This document shows positions 39,110 to 52,745 of a DNA stretch of 64,000 nt, piece by piece. Under the pieces are notes generated by a model. The model did not search any database and was not told the origin of the DNA. It was given only the letters and a program-made list of their open reading frames with translations. The position numbers and the translations under genes are program-made. Source of the stretch: Malacoraja senta (taxonomy: Eukaryota); the NCBI GenBank assembly GCA_038087875.1, contig CM075988.1, positions 27,654,001-27,718,000 of the forward strand. Direction: 5' to 3'. Position 1 is the first letter of the stretch. The number at the start of each line of letters is the position of its first letter.

Positions 39110-39658
39110 TAGTACTATTAAACAAATCTTGAAAATGATAAGGACAGCTTGTATGCATATTGCGAACAGGCAAATGCATAGGTGATAATGAAAAAAAATA
39201 CATGCAGTTTTTTTTTAATGCATCATCCACCCCGAAAAAGGTGACGCTATTAGAAGTACTTAGAAATCAGAATTTAAAACTGAAAATGCCAGCAATCAGT
39301 TAACAACTGCACCACAGAGCAAATATTTAAATAATTTTTTTAAATAATGTATGTGGATTTTGTAGCCATAACTGATATGCCAGATATACTGAGCTTAATG
39401 TTTGAACACAATGACTCACGTGCTGATCCTGCGCTACCCTGGCCGTGTCTGCAGCAGTGGTGGTGTCACCAGGGTTACCAAATCAAACTCACAAAATTCT
39501 GAAGTCGCTCGAATAGAAAATGCAGAATATTACTACAAGAAAATGGGGCAATCTAATGTTAGATTGCCTAAAGATGGGGCTCAAATCTCCTTAATATAGC
39601 TAGAATTCATGTAGCTTGATGCAAATAAGTGCTGGTAGATTGAAGTACAGTAAATATA

Positions 39659-40221
39659 TCTCTATACTTATAAAACTCTGATCTTGGATGTGTATTTATT
39701 TGTGTGATGTTCGTGTGCGTTTCACATCTCCTCGAAAACATGACGCGCTAACGGTGAAATTGTTACATATTCCGATAGAGATTTACGCCATGATGTCATA
39801 AATCTCCCTCTCTGCCCCCCCCCTCCCACTCTGCCCTCCCCCTCCCTCTCTGTCCCCCCTCCCTCTCTAGGGAGTGGTGAATTTTGGGACCTATGGGTGA
39901 GTGGTGGAGTATTGCGTTCGCGAACCAGCCCTCCCATGTGAAGCCGCGCGCCCCCCCACCCCTCAATCTCTACCCCCCTTCCTCTCCCTCTCGACCCCCC
40001 CTCCCCCTCCCTCTCCATCCCCCTCTCTAGCCACGCCTGTGCAGTTGGGGGTTATGCGTGAGTGTATAGGGCGAGGGATGGGGTCAAAGGAGCGAATGAA
40101 TAATATTCATATATCATGAGTTAGTGGGTGTGTATGAGGGGTGGTTTGTGTGTGTATGTGTGATGCCGAAGGCCGCCCCCCCCCCCCCGCAACGGGACCC
40201 AATGGGTCCCACTTGGTCTAG
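39659..40221 (+). mobile_element. Non-autonomous Helitron
   Basis: 5' TCTCTATACTTATAAAACTCTGATCTTG; perfect hairpin GGGACCC-AAT-GGGTCCC (40194-40210); CTAG 40218-40221; A|T insertion. Confidence 0.88.
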
Positions 40222-42439
40222 TATATATATATAGAACACTAATTCTAGCAGAAAAGTAGCTAAATTGGCAACACAAAGTTACAGATCAACAGTTGCCGAA
40301 GGCGATTCTCAGTGCTGCCATTTATAAATTTCTGATCCCATTAGCTCGCCTGGTCTTCCCTAAAAGATTATATTACGGTAAATTTGGGAAATATCCTGCT
40401 ATTTTGAAATTAGAAAACCATAGGTAGAGAGAAATAAACATATCAAATTTCCAGCTCCACTGCCATTAAAACCAATAAGAGCTTACTAACCACTTTAATG
40501 GCAATGCCTTTTTTAAGTATAGAAAAAATATATATAAATATCTGAATAAATTAAGTCATTCACCCTTCATTCGTCCCTCTAGTTTCATTCACCCCAAAAT
40601 AATTTCATTCGCACATGGGTGAACCATTCACCAGTTTAAGAAGCACTGCGGAGATGGCTGGCTGATCAATTTTGAGGTGCCTGCAATGCCACTATAAATT
40701 AGAACATGGGAAATGTCCTAGATTAGTCCGTTTACCCTGTTTTTATAGCGCAAGTAATATCTTCCATTTGACCTTTTGCTAGGTTAGCATGTTAGGTTAA
40801 AAAGTTGCAATTTTACACTCGTCCATGAGTAGAAGTAAGAACTGGTATATTTTGCTGTGTTGGAAATTCTTATTTGCTGTTTTCCAATAACATGTTTATG
40901 TAACTATTAATAATTATTATTCAATGGGCCCAAGTGCTTCCTGTTTTCTTCAAATCGCAATTAAGCATGGAGATTGAGGTGACAAGAGATGTTTGGTGTG
41001 ACATGACGTAAATAAAACTTTGCTAAAATGTATGCATAGCATGATGAAGTGAAAGGATTTTGAATGATCTTGGACCTTACCTTTCTTTCCTGGTCTATTT
41101 TAAATGCATATATTCTGAGTTGATTTGTTAGCAGCATGTTAAAAGGTTATGTTGATTATTTTAATGGAGAATGTCAGGGCACATGAGTAACATTTGGAAA
41201 AGGGTAGGGTGAGATTAGATATAATATAGTTACTTTTCCAGAAGCAAAGAGATGTATGGAACAAGTGGCTGAATATAATCTTTGCCATTTAAAACATGGA
41301 AAGATCTGGTCCATTTGTTTCAAAGTTAATTGAGCTGAGAAATTACACATTTTACTTTCTCCAGAGTTGCTGCTTGACATGCTGAGCATTTTCAACAGTT
41401 TCTGTTTTATTTAAGGTTTTTAGCATTTACTGTTTTTGCCTTGGTGCTCCGCTCGCAAGTAACATCGATTCTTCTCTAATTCTGAGACATTGATGTTCAT
41501 TTTTGTTACTTTCTTGCTTTGGTACTTAGGGATAAGATGCATTTTTGTTTAAAATAAATTCTAATTTAGTCTAAAATACTTAATCTTTGACATCTTTTGC
41601 TGACCCACAGCAACCTCGTAAATTCTCCCAGGCTTTTTTATGGTAACCAATCAGGTCCCTTAAAAAAAAAACTAATATTACTCTTAACTTTTGTAAGTGA
41701 TTGTGCCTTTTTACTTGGTAATTTATTCTTTAAAGTAGTATCTTTAAATATTTGCCATTGATTTTCTATTTTTCTACTTAAAGTCTAATTTCTCTAGGTG
41801 CCACAGCCAGCTAACTACTTTTTCCTATGTATTTTGCCTCATTTGAGCGAGGCACTCTTGTTTACAAATCATCTTTGTCATTGTCGACCTCTATCATGCT
41901 GTAATTAATTTTTCCCAACTGGATCCATCACTGACATTACTAACTAACCATGTCTCATTATACAAGGCAAGGTATAAAATAGTCTGTTCCATAAAATGGT
42001 GTTACACGATAAATATCTCCAGATGATTCCAATGTGCATTTTGTGAAATTATTCTCATTATTCTTGCCAGTTTGCCAAGTCGATGTGAACATTAAGAATT
42101 ATGGCATTCATTCTGGAACAGTGTCTTTATTGTTGATTAATATTGTATCCAACAGTATTGTTGCTGTTAAGAAGCCTGTAAACCACTTTCACTGTAGTTT
42201 CTTTACTCCTGTAAACACTTCACTTATTATAATTCTCCATTTCTTCCTAGCCACGTTAAATTTACCAGAAAAAAATGTGTGTCGCAGTAATGGTACTTTA
42301 AACCTTCTGACTTGTAGTAAAATTCCATCAGCTATGCTTAGCTGGGTTATTTTATTTTTCTTTTATCTTGAAAGTAGAATGAGAGAGCGAGCAGCCATTT
42401 TGAGTGGAGATAAAGCATTTTTGAAAAATCAGCAGGAGA

Positions 42440-43310
42440 GTTAAGTGAAAGGGCGGGTTTTGATTGAACGGAAGCCTATTGACCACTAAGAATGGGAGTA
42501 GGCAGAAAGTGCATGGATCCTGTGGGGCTGTTCCCCTCCACAACAGGTATGCTTCTTTAGATACTGTTTTGGGTAGGACTGGTCAGAGGAGAGCAGCAGT
42601 GGTCTGACTGTGGTGTCGGGCCTGGCTCTGAGGCAGAGCCAGGAAGGGAAAAGTCAGACAGCCTTTGTGATATGAGACCTGTTAGTTAGCAGGCAGAAAG
42701 GAGATTTTGTGGCTTGAAACAAGACTCTATGATTGTGTGTTGCATTCCTGGAGACATGGTCCAGATGCCTCTGAGTGAGTGCAGAACATTCTCAAGAGGG
42801 TGGACGAGCAGCTGGAAGTTGTTGTGCACATTGGCACAAATGACATGGATAGAAAAAGGGATGAGGTCCTGCAATGTAAATATTGGGAGTTGGGCAGAAG
42901 TTTAAAAAAATTAAAAAGCTGAGGGTAGAAATATCTGGATTACATTTGGTGCCACATGCTAGTGAGGGTAGGGATAGACAGATAGGACAAATGAATGCAT
43001 GACTCGGGAGTTGGTACAGAGGGCAGGGATTCAGATATGTAGACCATTAAGATTTCTTCTGGGGCAGAGGTGATTTGTACAGTGTGGTTGGGTTGAATCA
43101 GAACTGGAGGGGGAGCAATATCTTTGCAGGGGAGTTAGCTGGTGCTTCTCAGGGGGGGTTTAAACTAGAGAGACAGGGGGGCGGGAACCAGAGTAGTAGG
43201 TCAGAAATTGGATGGAGTGATGGGAAGGCAGAGGTTCGGACCAGTAAGTCTCAAAGGAAGAACAGGCAAGGAGAGATGAAGACAGAGGTCATGTGCTTGA
43301 ATGTGTAGGT
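42440..43310 (+). mobile_element. Decayed CR1 ORF1 (SGNH esterase-like) fragment
   Basis: gttgttgtgcacattggcacaaatgac = VVVHIGTND; upstream GD-like block; ends near ORF2 start. Confidence 0.7.
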
Positions 43311-43471
43311 CTTGATACATGTAGGCATGGAATCCTTTATTTTCAGAAGTGTTGATAATGAAATTGAACACTGCAAACATTTTTAATTCTGATTGTTTAA
43401 TGGAAGGATGGACATTGATAAAGCAGCCGAGATTGGTATGTGCCTCAGGCGCTTGCCCACTGAACTCCTAC

Positions 43472-43725
43472 AAATCACAATCACTCAATCACAATAATAC
43501 TTTATTAGCAAAGTATGTTTTGCAACATACGAGGAATGTCATTTGCTCAGTCATACAAATAAAAAGCAACGGAACACACAAAATACATTTTAACATAAAT
43601 ATCCACGACAGTGACTCCTCCGCATTCCTCACTGTGATGGAAGGCGAAAAAAAGTTCAAATCTCTTCCCTTGGCCCTCCTGCATCGAGCCCTCCGTTGAC
43701 GGGACGATCTTGACTCCTGTAGCTG
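43472..43725 (-). mobile_element. SINE-like retroposon 3' fragment
   Basis: (caatca)n reverse tail, tttattagc, cattcctcactgtgatggaaggc. Confidence 0.7.
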
Positions 43726-44043
43726 GCTTTGGACAGGATCATTGATATCTATTTTACATCTGTGCAAAGAATGACTCCAAACATTGTCTTCATGTGGAAG
43801 CCCATTGCCTGCATTTTACAGAAGGGCCGTTTAATGCTTCACATGGTTAAATGTTGTGGTTTCAATTTCACTTCTCGGCTGTTGAGCCTGATCCACTGAA
43901 GAGGGGCCAAAGAGTTTAAGCAAAACTTAAACTGAGCATCAATGACCAGGTGAGTGATTTGCTTGAGAACATTGATGACATCTAAAAAGAAATCATTCCA
44001 TCGGTGTTCCATTTGATGAATTTGGTGTTCCAAAATGATGAAT

Positions 44044-44389
44044 CTCAACCACAGTCTTTAGCAAGACTTCACGTCCATTAACATATTATTCAGCTTTCAC
44101 GATAATAATGAGAACAGTAATCTCACAAGCAATTATTCAGCTTTCTGAATTTCCCCACCGTTTTTTGGTGGGGAAATTCCTATTTCTGTATGTGGCTGCT
44201 CACAGGAATAATTATCAGATAAAATGAGAAAAAATGGTGGGGACATTCAGAAAACCGAATAATTGCTTGTGAGATTACTGTCCTCGTTATTATCATTATT
44301 ATTCTAGTAGTATTGTTCCAGCGTTTTTAAATATACTTCTATAATATGTTGCTAATGGCCGTGAAGTCTTACTAAAAACTGTGGTCGAG
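44044..44389. repeat. Long imperfect inverted repeat (foldback element)
   Basis: 44044-44166 is the reverse complement of 44229-44389 apart from an indel. Confidence 0.85.
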
Positions 44390-44964
44390 CATGTACTGTA
44401 TTCTGAAAAGAAAAGCTGTAGAACTTTGGGGACCAGAATATATATATTTTTTATTCCTTCACATGGCAATTATTTTAAATAACCTATTTCTAAATTTTAT
44501 TTTCATCATGGTTGATCCATTTGTTAAACGATATCTCTATCTAAAATAATGGAGCCTGGCTTCCTGACTTGATCATATTAGAATCAACATATTGGAATTC
44601 TGTTGGGTATCAAAAGAAATGGGTGTAACTTGGTATATATTGGGCAAGATCTTCAATAAATTGTACTTTAGTTCAGTACTATGGAATACAATGGATTGTG
44701 TGTGCATATAGCTGAGAGAGTGCAGGTAGCATTGGGATGGATTTCAATTTTGCAGCGTATGGCTTCCATGTACACTCCGATATCAATAATTATTTCTTTA
44801 CATTCAGAAAGGTTCAGATTGGCTGGATGGATTGTATTTTTATAATGGGGCAAATCTATAATGTCTAAGGGACTTCCAAACAACTTGCATTTCCTGAAGT
44901 AATGGTGATTTTTTTAAACTTTTAAAAATAGTTTGCCGATCATATCAAAATTGGTGGTATAATG

Positions 44965-47115
44965 GTCAGTGAAGGATGTTCCAGATTATATCATGATATT
45001 GATCAACTGGGAAAGTAAGTAAGGGAATAGCAGATGGAATCCAACACAGACAAGTGTGGCTTATTGCATTTTTTTAATGAAGTTAAACCAGGCCAGAACA
45101 TACAATGTGAATGGCAGGGCCCTCGTGAGTGTGTTGACCAAAGAGATCGAGTAGTACATGTACAACTTTTCCTTCCAGGCATCAAAAAATATCAGTTCAT
45201 TTAAAGTGACAACACAGATGGAAGGCAAATGACATTACCTTCATTGGCAACATTTGGAGGATTGTGTGCAGTTCTGGTCGTGACACTTTAGAAAGAATGT
45301 GATTAAGCTAGAGATGGTAGATACATAGAAAATAGGTGCAGGAGTAGGCCATTCGGCCCTTCGAGCCTGCACCGCCATTCAATATGATCATGGCTGATCA
45401 TCCAACTCAGTATCCCGTACCTGCCTTCTCTCCATACCCCCTGATCCCTTTAGCCACAAGGGCCACATCTAACTCCCTCTTAAATATAGCCAATGAACTG
45501 GCCTCAACTACCCTCTGTGGCAGAGAGTTCCAGAGATTCACCACTCTCTGTGTGAAAATGTTTTTCCTCATCTCGGTCTTAAAGGATTTCCCCCTTATCC
45601 TTAAGCTGTGACCCCTTGTCCTGGACTTCCCCAACATCGTGAACAATCTTCCTGCATCTAGCCTGTCCAACCCCATAAGAATTTTGTACGTTTCTATAAG
45701 ATCCCCTCTCAATCTCCTAAATTCTAGCGAGTATAAGCCAAGTCTATCCAGTCTTTCTTCATATGAAAGTCCTGACATCCCAGGAATCAGTCTGGTGAAC
45801 CTTATCTGCACTCCCTCTATGGCTATAATGTCCTTCCTCAGATTTGGAGACCAAAACTGGACGCAATACTCCAGGTGTGGTCTCACCAAGACCCTGTACA
45901 ACTGCAGTAGAACCTCCCTGCTCCTATACTCAAATCCTCTTGCTATGAAGGCCAACATACCATTCGCTTTCTTCACTGCCTGCTGCACCTGCATGCCTAC
46001 TTTCAATGACTGGTGTACCATGACACCCAGGTCTCGCTGCATCTCCCCATTTCCTAATCGGCCACCATTTAGATAATAGTCTGGCTTCCCGTTTTTGCCA
46101 CCAAAGTGGATAACCTCACATTTATCCACATTATACTGCATCTGCCAAACATTTGCCCACTCACCCAGCCTATCCAAGTCACCTTGCAGTCTCCTAGCAT
46201 CCTCCTCACAGCTAACACTGCCCCCCAGCTTAGTGTCATCCGCAAACTTGGAGATGTTGCTTTCAATTCCCTCGTCCAGATCATTAATATAAATTGTAAA
46301 TAGCTGGGGTCCCAGCACTGAGCCTTGCGGTACCCCACTAGTCACTGCCTGCCATTGTGAAAAGGACCCGTTTACTCCTACTCTTTGCTTCCTGTTTGCT
46401 AGCCAGTTCTCTATCCACATCAATACTGAACCCCCAATACCGTGTGATTTAAGTTTGTATCCTAATCTCTTATGTGGTACCTTGTCGAAAGCCTTCTGAA
46501 AGTCCAGATACAACACATCCACTGGTTCTCCCGTATCCACTCTACTAGTTACATCCTCGAAAAATTCTATAAGATTCGTCAGACACGATTTACCTTTCGT
46601 AAATCCATGCTGACTTTGTCCAATGATTTCACCACTTTCCAAATGTGCTGCTATCCCATCTTTAATAACTGACTCTAGCAGTTTCCCCACTACCGATAGA
46701 CTAGTTTTCATAGCAATTATGCGAGGACTGAGTTATAAAGATAGATTGGATAGGATGGGCCTATTTTCGCTGGAGCAAATGATTTATAATAAGAGGCATG
46801 GATGGGGTAAAACATTAGTCTTTTTCCTAGGATAGGGCGTCTGAAACTAGAGAGCATCGGTTTTCGGTGAGGGGAAAGTTTTAAAAGGAATTTCAAGGGC
46901 AAGTTCATACAAAAACAGATATGGAATGAGCTGCCTAAGGAGGTGGTAGAGGCAGATACAATTACAATGTTTAAAAAATACTTGGGTGAGCCGTGGGTTG
47001 GAAAGGTTTAGAGAGGTTTGTGCCAAGCGCAGGCAGATAAGAGTAGCCTAGAAGGGCATCTTGGTTGGCATGAACAATTTGGGTCGAAGGACCTGTTTCC
47101 GTGCTGTATAAATCT
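44965..47115 (+). mobile_element. Old CR1 fragment interrupted by a younger antisense CR1
   Basis: CR1 RT remnants at 44965-45320 resume at ~46700 and end with the 3' motif gaaggacctgtttccgtgctgtat. Confidence 0.75.
45320..46697 (-). mobile_element. Young 5'-truncated CR1 with uninterrupted RT C-terminal ORF
   Basis: ORF 45407-46711 has YLDFQKAFDKV, GVPQGSVLGP, KFADDTK with no stops; intact 3' UTR. Confidence 0.95.
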
Positions 47116-47314
47116 AAGAACAAACATTAGTATTTAAAGGAGAGTTAGCCATATTTTAGAACCAAAACTCTTGTCAAAGGAACCAGTGTAACATTATTAT
47201 ATTTGCTGCAATGGTACTCACTACTTTATTGATGTAGCTGGAAAAGATTAATTAAAAACATTTTGCAAGGATATTTGACTTTTAAATTTTATCCCATCTA
47301 CCTTCACTTTTAAA

Positions 47315-47515
47315 AAAAACACAGTGCTGAAGTAACTCATTCAGACATGCAGCATCTCTGGAGAATATGGATAGGTGACTTTTCCGGTTGCAATTCTTCT
47401 TCAGTCTGAATTAATGCTGCCTATCCAAGTTGTCCAGAGATGCTGCCTGATGTGCTGAGTTATTCCACCACTTTGTCTTCTTTTGTAAACCAACATTTGC
47501 AATTCCTTGTGTCTT
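47315..47515. mobile_element. Inverted pair of Penelope terminal cassettes
   Basis: Minus copy 47315-47405 abuts plus copy 47415-47515. Confidence 0.7.
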
Positions 47516-49724
47516 TACTTTAAATTTTACCTCCTTATATTCTGCTATAATTTTCCAAAGAGTATCTCATTTTGCATTTCAGTATCTTTTATTTGGAGCC
47601 TCTGAGGTACCTATTAACATAAAGTGTGCCACACGTGTTCATATTCTGAAAACTATCATAAATAAATGAATGGTCTTGGCAATGCTTTAGCATCTGAATA
47701 TATTTTCTCTGAACTAGTTCTAAATAAAATTAATATTTTTAAAACATCTTTGTTTTTAGCTGTCTTGAATAATGTTTCTTAAGATTTTTAGTTTAGAGTG
47801 CCAGTGATCAACTTTCTTTCTGTCCTTGCCTTACTGAATATTTTTTACTTTGCATGAATCCTTGATCTAATTTATTCTAGCCTTGATTATGTAAATCAGA
47901 TCAGTTTATTTATTTTGCATGAGGTTCCTGATAAAGATACATAACTGGGTTAATGTGCAATAGTTATAATATGTTTGCTATTTAAAAAGTAAGTACTGTA
48001 TATATTTCAGTTTTTGTGAAAGATGATAACTTGGCTATAAGGTGCAAATGATACAAAGACTCAATTCATTAATTGCCTATGATTGTAAAGATAGTTTGAG
48101 GCGAAATGGAAAGAGAAAAAACGTAGAAGTGTTTCATAATTGACCAATGTAAGGTAAACTCAGTGTGATCAAATTAAAAAAAAATAAAAATTCTTGGGCT
48201 TATAATGCATAATAAATTGATAAGGCAGGGAAAAGACAGCACTGACATGAATAAATCTTTACCTCCAATTTTAGATTTTGCCGTTCGACACGTTCATTGA
48301 GCAAATTGTGAGGGTCTCTTATCATTTTCTTGCTCCTTTGATTTACTACAGCAGCTGACATATCCAGCTTCATATTGTGTTTGTTGTTAATGTAGTTGTA
48401 AAGGTCACAGTGTGTTGAATATTTGCAGCTGTGAGAGAAAAAAATCTGGAATAAGAAAATAGATACTGCGACAGTTGGAAAACCTTAAGAGTGTGCATGA
48501 GGTTAGTTCGATAATTATTGAGCACAGCTATTGCTGAGTATCTTCAAATTCCCAATGAAAAGACCATGGTTAAAGGAATGGTGGATGTAGTTGTATGCCT
48601 GCAGAACTTAAGTATATACATTTCAAGATACATTGCTTCCTTACAGTAAACAAATTTGAATTTGATCATATTGTTACCATAGCTGTTCTTGGTCAGATAT
48701 GTTGGGTAGGCCACGTCATCAGTGTGGCCAACGCTAAATTGTTGAAACCTATTCTATTTTAAGCTCTGTCATGGGAAGAGATTACCACATGGAATAAAAT
48801 ATTGAAGGTTGCTCTAAGCCTTTTTGAAGAAATTAATGGTTCAGTGATGTTTTATTGTCACATGTGCAAAGTGCAAACGCGCAGCGAAATTCTTTTCTTA
48901 CAAACAATCCAGTAGAGTATTGCCATACCACCCCCGATTAGCAATTGTACAGAAATAGTCTACTGAGCCCGTATGCAAGAGGTGCCATGATTTGGCATCT
49001 TTTTCCATATCCAGTCCACGCTCCAGTTGTTAAGAGCGGTGCCCAATTCAGGCAAGCACCAGGCTGCTGCGGGCCTCCAGCCATTGTTTTCCTTGGCTGA
49101 TAAGCAACCGCAAACCTCTCCTTGCCCGACCACCTTTATGCCCCAAGTGTGCCTCCCACAGCCGGTCTTGAAGGCGCGGAAGGCACAACCCTGGTTGCTT
49201 CGCCTCTCCTACCGGCTTTGCTCATCTCCTATTGCATCCCTTCCCATTGAGGGGAACAAAGAAATTCTTGATCCCATGGGACAACTAAGAATATGAATTA
49301 TCAGTTATCTTTAAAGCCATGTGACCCCTCGCTGGTTGACTTTTTGTCAGTGAAAGCAAGTATTGCTTATTAAGAAAATTACCAAAGTGCTTAGATCATT
49401 CAAACAGTGCTTAGAAATGAACTTGGGCTGAGGGTTTTCTTCTTTGCTCTTATAAAATATCTATCTATTCAAACTAGGGTGGCTGCAACTTCAGACTGTC
49501 AGGTTGACAAGTGCAAACCATAGCATGGGAATGCAACTTAAGTTTGAAAATTGAAAACATTACACAGATGATATGATAATAATTTAAGATATGGCTACAA
49601 AATGACCAGGGCTTGAAATATATATAAATGTTGAGTTATGAACTCACTGGGAAATATATCAAAACTGGGTGAGTAACATTTCTGAATTAGGTGAATCATT
49701 TCAATGTTGAGCATGGATATGTAG

Positions 49725-50465
49725 ATAGAGAAGACTGCAGATACTGGAGTCTGGAGCAAAAAGATAAACTACTGGAAGATGTCACTGAGCCAGGCAGCAT
49801 CGGTAGAGGCAAAGGACTGGTGAAAGTTTTGGGTTGAGACCCTGTTACAGAACTGAGAATGTAGAGAGAGGATGGCCAGCATAGAGATGCAAGAGAGTGG
49901 GGTGAGACGGAGACTGGAAGAAACACGGTTATATAAATATATAGGTGATGCACAAATGGAATCAGTTAGAGAAGCTCAGCAAGTCTTGATAAAGGTGAAC
50001 TAAAGATGAGGTAACCTGGGTGGACTGTTGGAAGGAAAACGGACAGTGTGGAACCTGATACTGTGAAATTCAATTGGGAGGTTACCCAAGTGGAATATTA
50101 AGTAGTGGTGTTCTTTGAGTCTGAAGAAGGGTCTCATCCATTCTTTCTCTCCAGAGATGCTGCCTGTCCTGCTGTTACTCCAGCTTTTTGTGTCTATCCG
50201 GTTTAAACCAGCATCTGCTGTTCCTTCCTACACATTGTTCTTCTTTGCGTTTGACTTCATTATGGCAGTGGAGAAGACCGGAGACAGACGGGTCAGTATG
50301 GAAAGGGATGTTAAAATGACATGCAAGTGAAAGCTTAAGATGTCTCTTGCGAGATAGTGTAGGTTCCCATTAAAACGGTTTATAGTTGGTCTTGCCTTTG
50401 TATAAGAGGTCGCAAAGCGAGCACTGAATTCAATAGACTAGGTTGGAGGAGGATGAATGTGACGG
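49725..50465 (-). mobile_element. Penelope-like 3' fragment with an antisense cassette nested at 50116-50235
   Basis: Terminal cassette, GIY-YIG remnants; nested copy flanked by TGTTCTT. Confidence 0.7.
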
Positions 50466-50968
50466 GGGTGGTGAAGGGTCAGGTTGGGAGGGAATACATC
50501 TAGAATGAATAAACACTGGAGATTTTAATTATAATTAAGATAGAGAAAACCTTTCATCGTAATAAAAACTAAAGAATAATAGTAATTCCAAGGGGCATAC
50601 AAGCCTGCCACTAGCAGCATTGAAATTGCTAAATATAAAAATGCAGAAATTAAGCTACTTTACAGCACAGAGTGGTGTTAATTGGACTTTTTAACTAGTG
50701 TGCAGATTGGGAAGAATGGCTCACGCCAGAAATATGGTGAAAATTTGTGCTTTCATGCTAGGTTTTTTTTTGCCACATGGAAAAGGACAGGACAGATTGA
50801 ATTTAGTAATGGTATTGAGTTAAAATAGGTTGACAGCGAAGCTATGCCTAACATTTATCTCATAGCAAGTAACTTGAAGATTGTTTCATAATTTTATACT
50901 TCTCTCCTCAACCTTTCATCCTGCAGAAAAATACAAACCAAGTTTATCCAATCTCTCTTTATAGCTAA

Positions 50969-51061
50969 ACACAAAGGTTTGGAGGAACTGAGTGGGTCAG
51001 GCAGCAGCTGTGGAGGTAGTGGACAGGTGACATTTTAGGTTGGAACCCTTCTTCACACGGG
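50969..51061 (-). mobile_element. Solo Penelope terminal cassette
   Basis: Flanked by TCTCTCTTTATAGCTAA (50952-50968) / TCTCTCCTTACAGCTAA (51062-51078). Confidence 0.75.
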
Positions 51062-51149
51062 TCTCTCCTTACAGCTAATGGCTTCTAATTCAGGCAGCAT
51101 TCTGGTAAACCTCTTCTACAACAATCTAAATGAGAATAAGGAATCGTCT

Positions 51150-51650
51150 AAAAAGGACACAAAGTGATGGAGTAACTCAGCGGGTCAGGCAGCATCTCTG
51201 GAGATCTTAAGTATGTGACATATTGGGTCGGGAGCCTTCAGACTGATTGTCAGGGGGTGGGGAGTAGAAGGTGTGAGATAGGATTGAAGAGTTGCAGGTT
51301 GTGATGCCAGAGGAAGGGATGTAGGAGGAGGGGAGAAATGGTGGGAGTCCAGATGGGGCACAGGGGAGGGAGGTAGGAAGGAATAAAGGGCGGAGGGGGG
51401 AAAGAGGGAGGGGAGTTGGTTGTAAGAAGTTACTGAAAATTGTAGTTCACGCCGTTGGGATGTAAGTTACCCAAAGCAGAGTATGAGGTGCTGTTCCTCT
51501 AGTTTGCGTGTGGACTCACTCTGGCAGGACAGAAGGGGAGATAAAATGATTAGCGAACGGGAGATCCAGTAGGTCTTGGTGCACCAAGCGCAAGTGTTCA
51601 ACTGAACAGTCACTGTGTCTACACTTGGTCTAGCTGATGTATAGTCTACA
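51150..51650 (-). mobile_element. Penelope-like 3' fragment
   Basis: Terminal cassette, purine-rich UTR on plus strand, GIY-YIG end (atgaggtgctgttcctctagtttgcg). Confidence 0.8.
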
Positions 51651-52349
51651 TGGAATAGTTAAATTGTGTTAGTAATTACGACATAGGAAGGGAAAACGTC
51701 CAGACACCCCAAGGAATCTTATCAGCTTTGAAGATTGCTAAAATTATCATGTACTAAAATAACAAAGTAATGACACTTAAGTAACAAAACTCCAAAGATA
51801 AATGGTTTACATGCCATATAAAAGGTACTACCGGGAAGTTAGGAGAAACTTCTTTGGATTTTATGATCTCTAGACTCTGTTTCAAATTTCACTTTTGTTT
51901 CACATTACACTCTGGTTTTGTGATTATGCTCCCTGTTATTCTTTATCCCCCACCCTCTCACTTTCCTCCTTATTGAATATTTCTTCTCTTGCATCATCTA
52001 CATTTCATAAGAAGTTTGGAAATAATGATTGTAATTTACCTGCATGCAGTTTGACATTAATTAGGCTTGGCATATCTGTATTGCACTGATAGAAACGTTC
52101 ATTCTTTCCTGCAATAATTGTCTGTAACCAAGGAAAAGAAATCACCAGCTAAACACAAACCATGGCAGACATTGTTATGATGTCTCTAAAATATGTTAAT
52201 CTAGGCACTATTATTTAAATGTCATTTCCTGACAGTGTAATGTTTTTTACCGTTGATAAGTTTCTGTGCGATGAATTTACTTTGCATATTGCATTAATAT
52301 TCCTGACCTGTATTAGCCAATAACAAAGAGGTTGTTTAGACTGGAACAT

Positions 52350-52745
52350 TTACCTTTGGAGCATTGAGTCTTGGGAAAGTGGGGGAAGGGGAATTACTTT
52401 ATTGAGATGTTCAAGATCATGATAATGTGAACTTTATCTTTTTCCCAAAATGTAGAGAATGCTTGAACTAGAGAGCAAAGGCTTGGGTGAGAATGGAGAG
52501 ATTTAAGTGGGACATCAGGGCAACCCTTTTTCACTCAAAGGATAGTCTGTATCTGGAATAAGCTGTCAGATGAAGTTATAGAAACAGAGAAAATTATGAC
52601 TTTTGAAAGATATATGGACAGAAAGAGTTTTAGAGAGATATGGGCTAAACGCAGACAAATAGGACTAGCCTAATATGCCTACAACATAGGTGTGGACAAG
52701 GTGGGCCGAAGAGCCTGTTTCCATGCAACACTGCTTTATGACAAT
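52350..52745 (+). mobile_element. CR1 3' fragment
   Basis: ttttcactcaaagg...tggaataagctg...gggccgaagagcctgtttcc. Confidence 0.75.

Noticed and set aside
39470..40275. Possible TIR element CAGGGTTACCA...TTGGCAACAC around the Helitron
   Set aside because: Short imperfect match and no TSD found.
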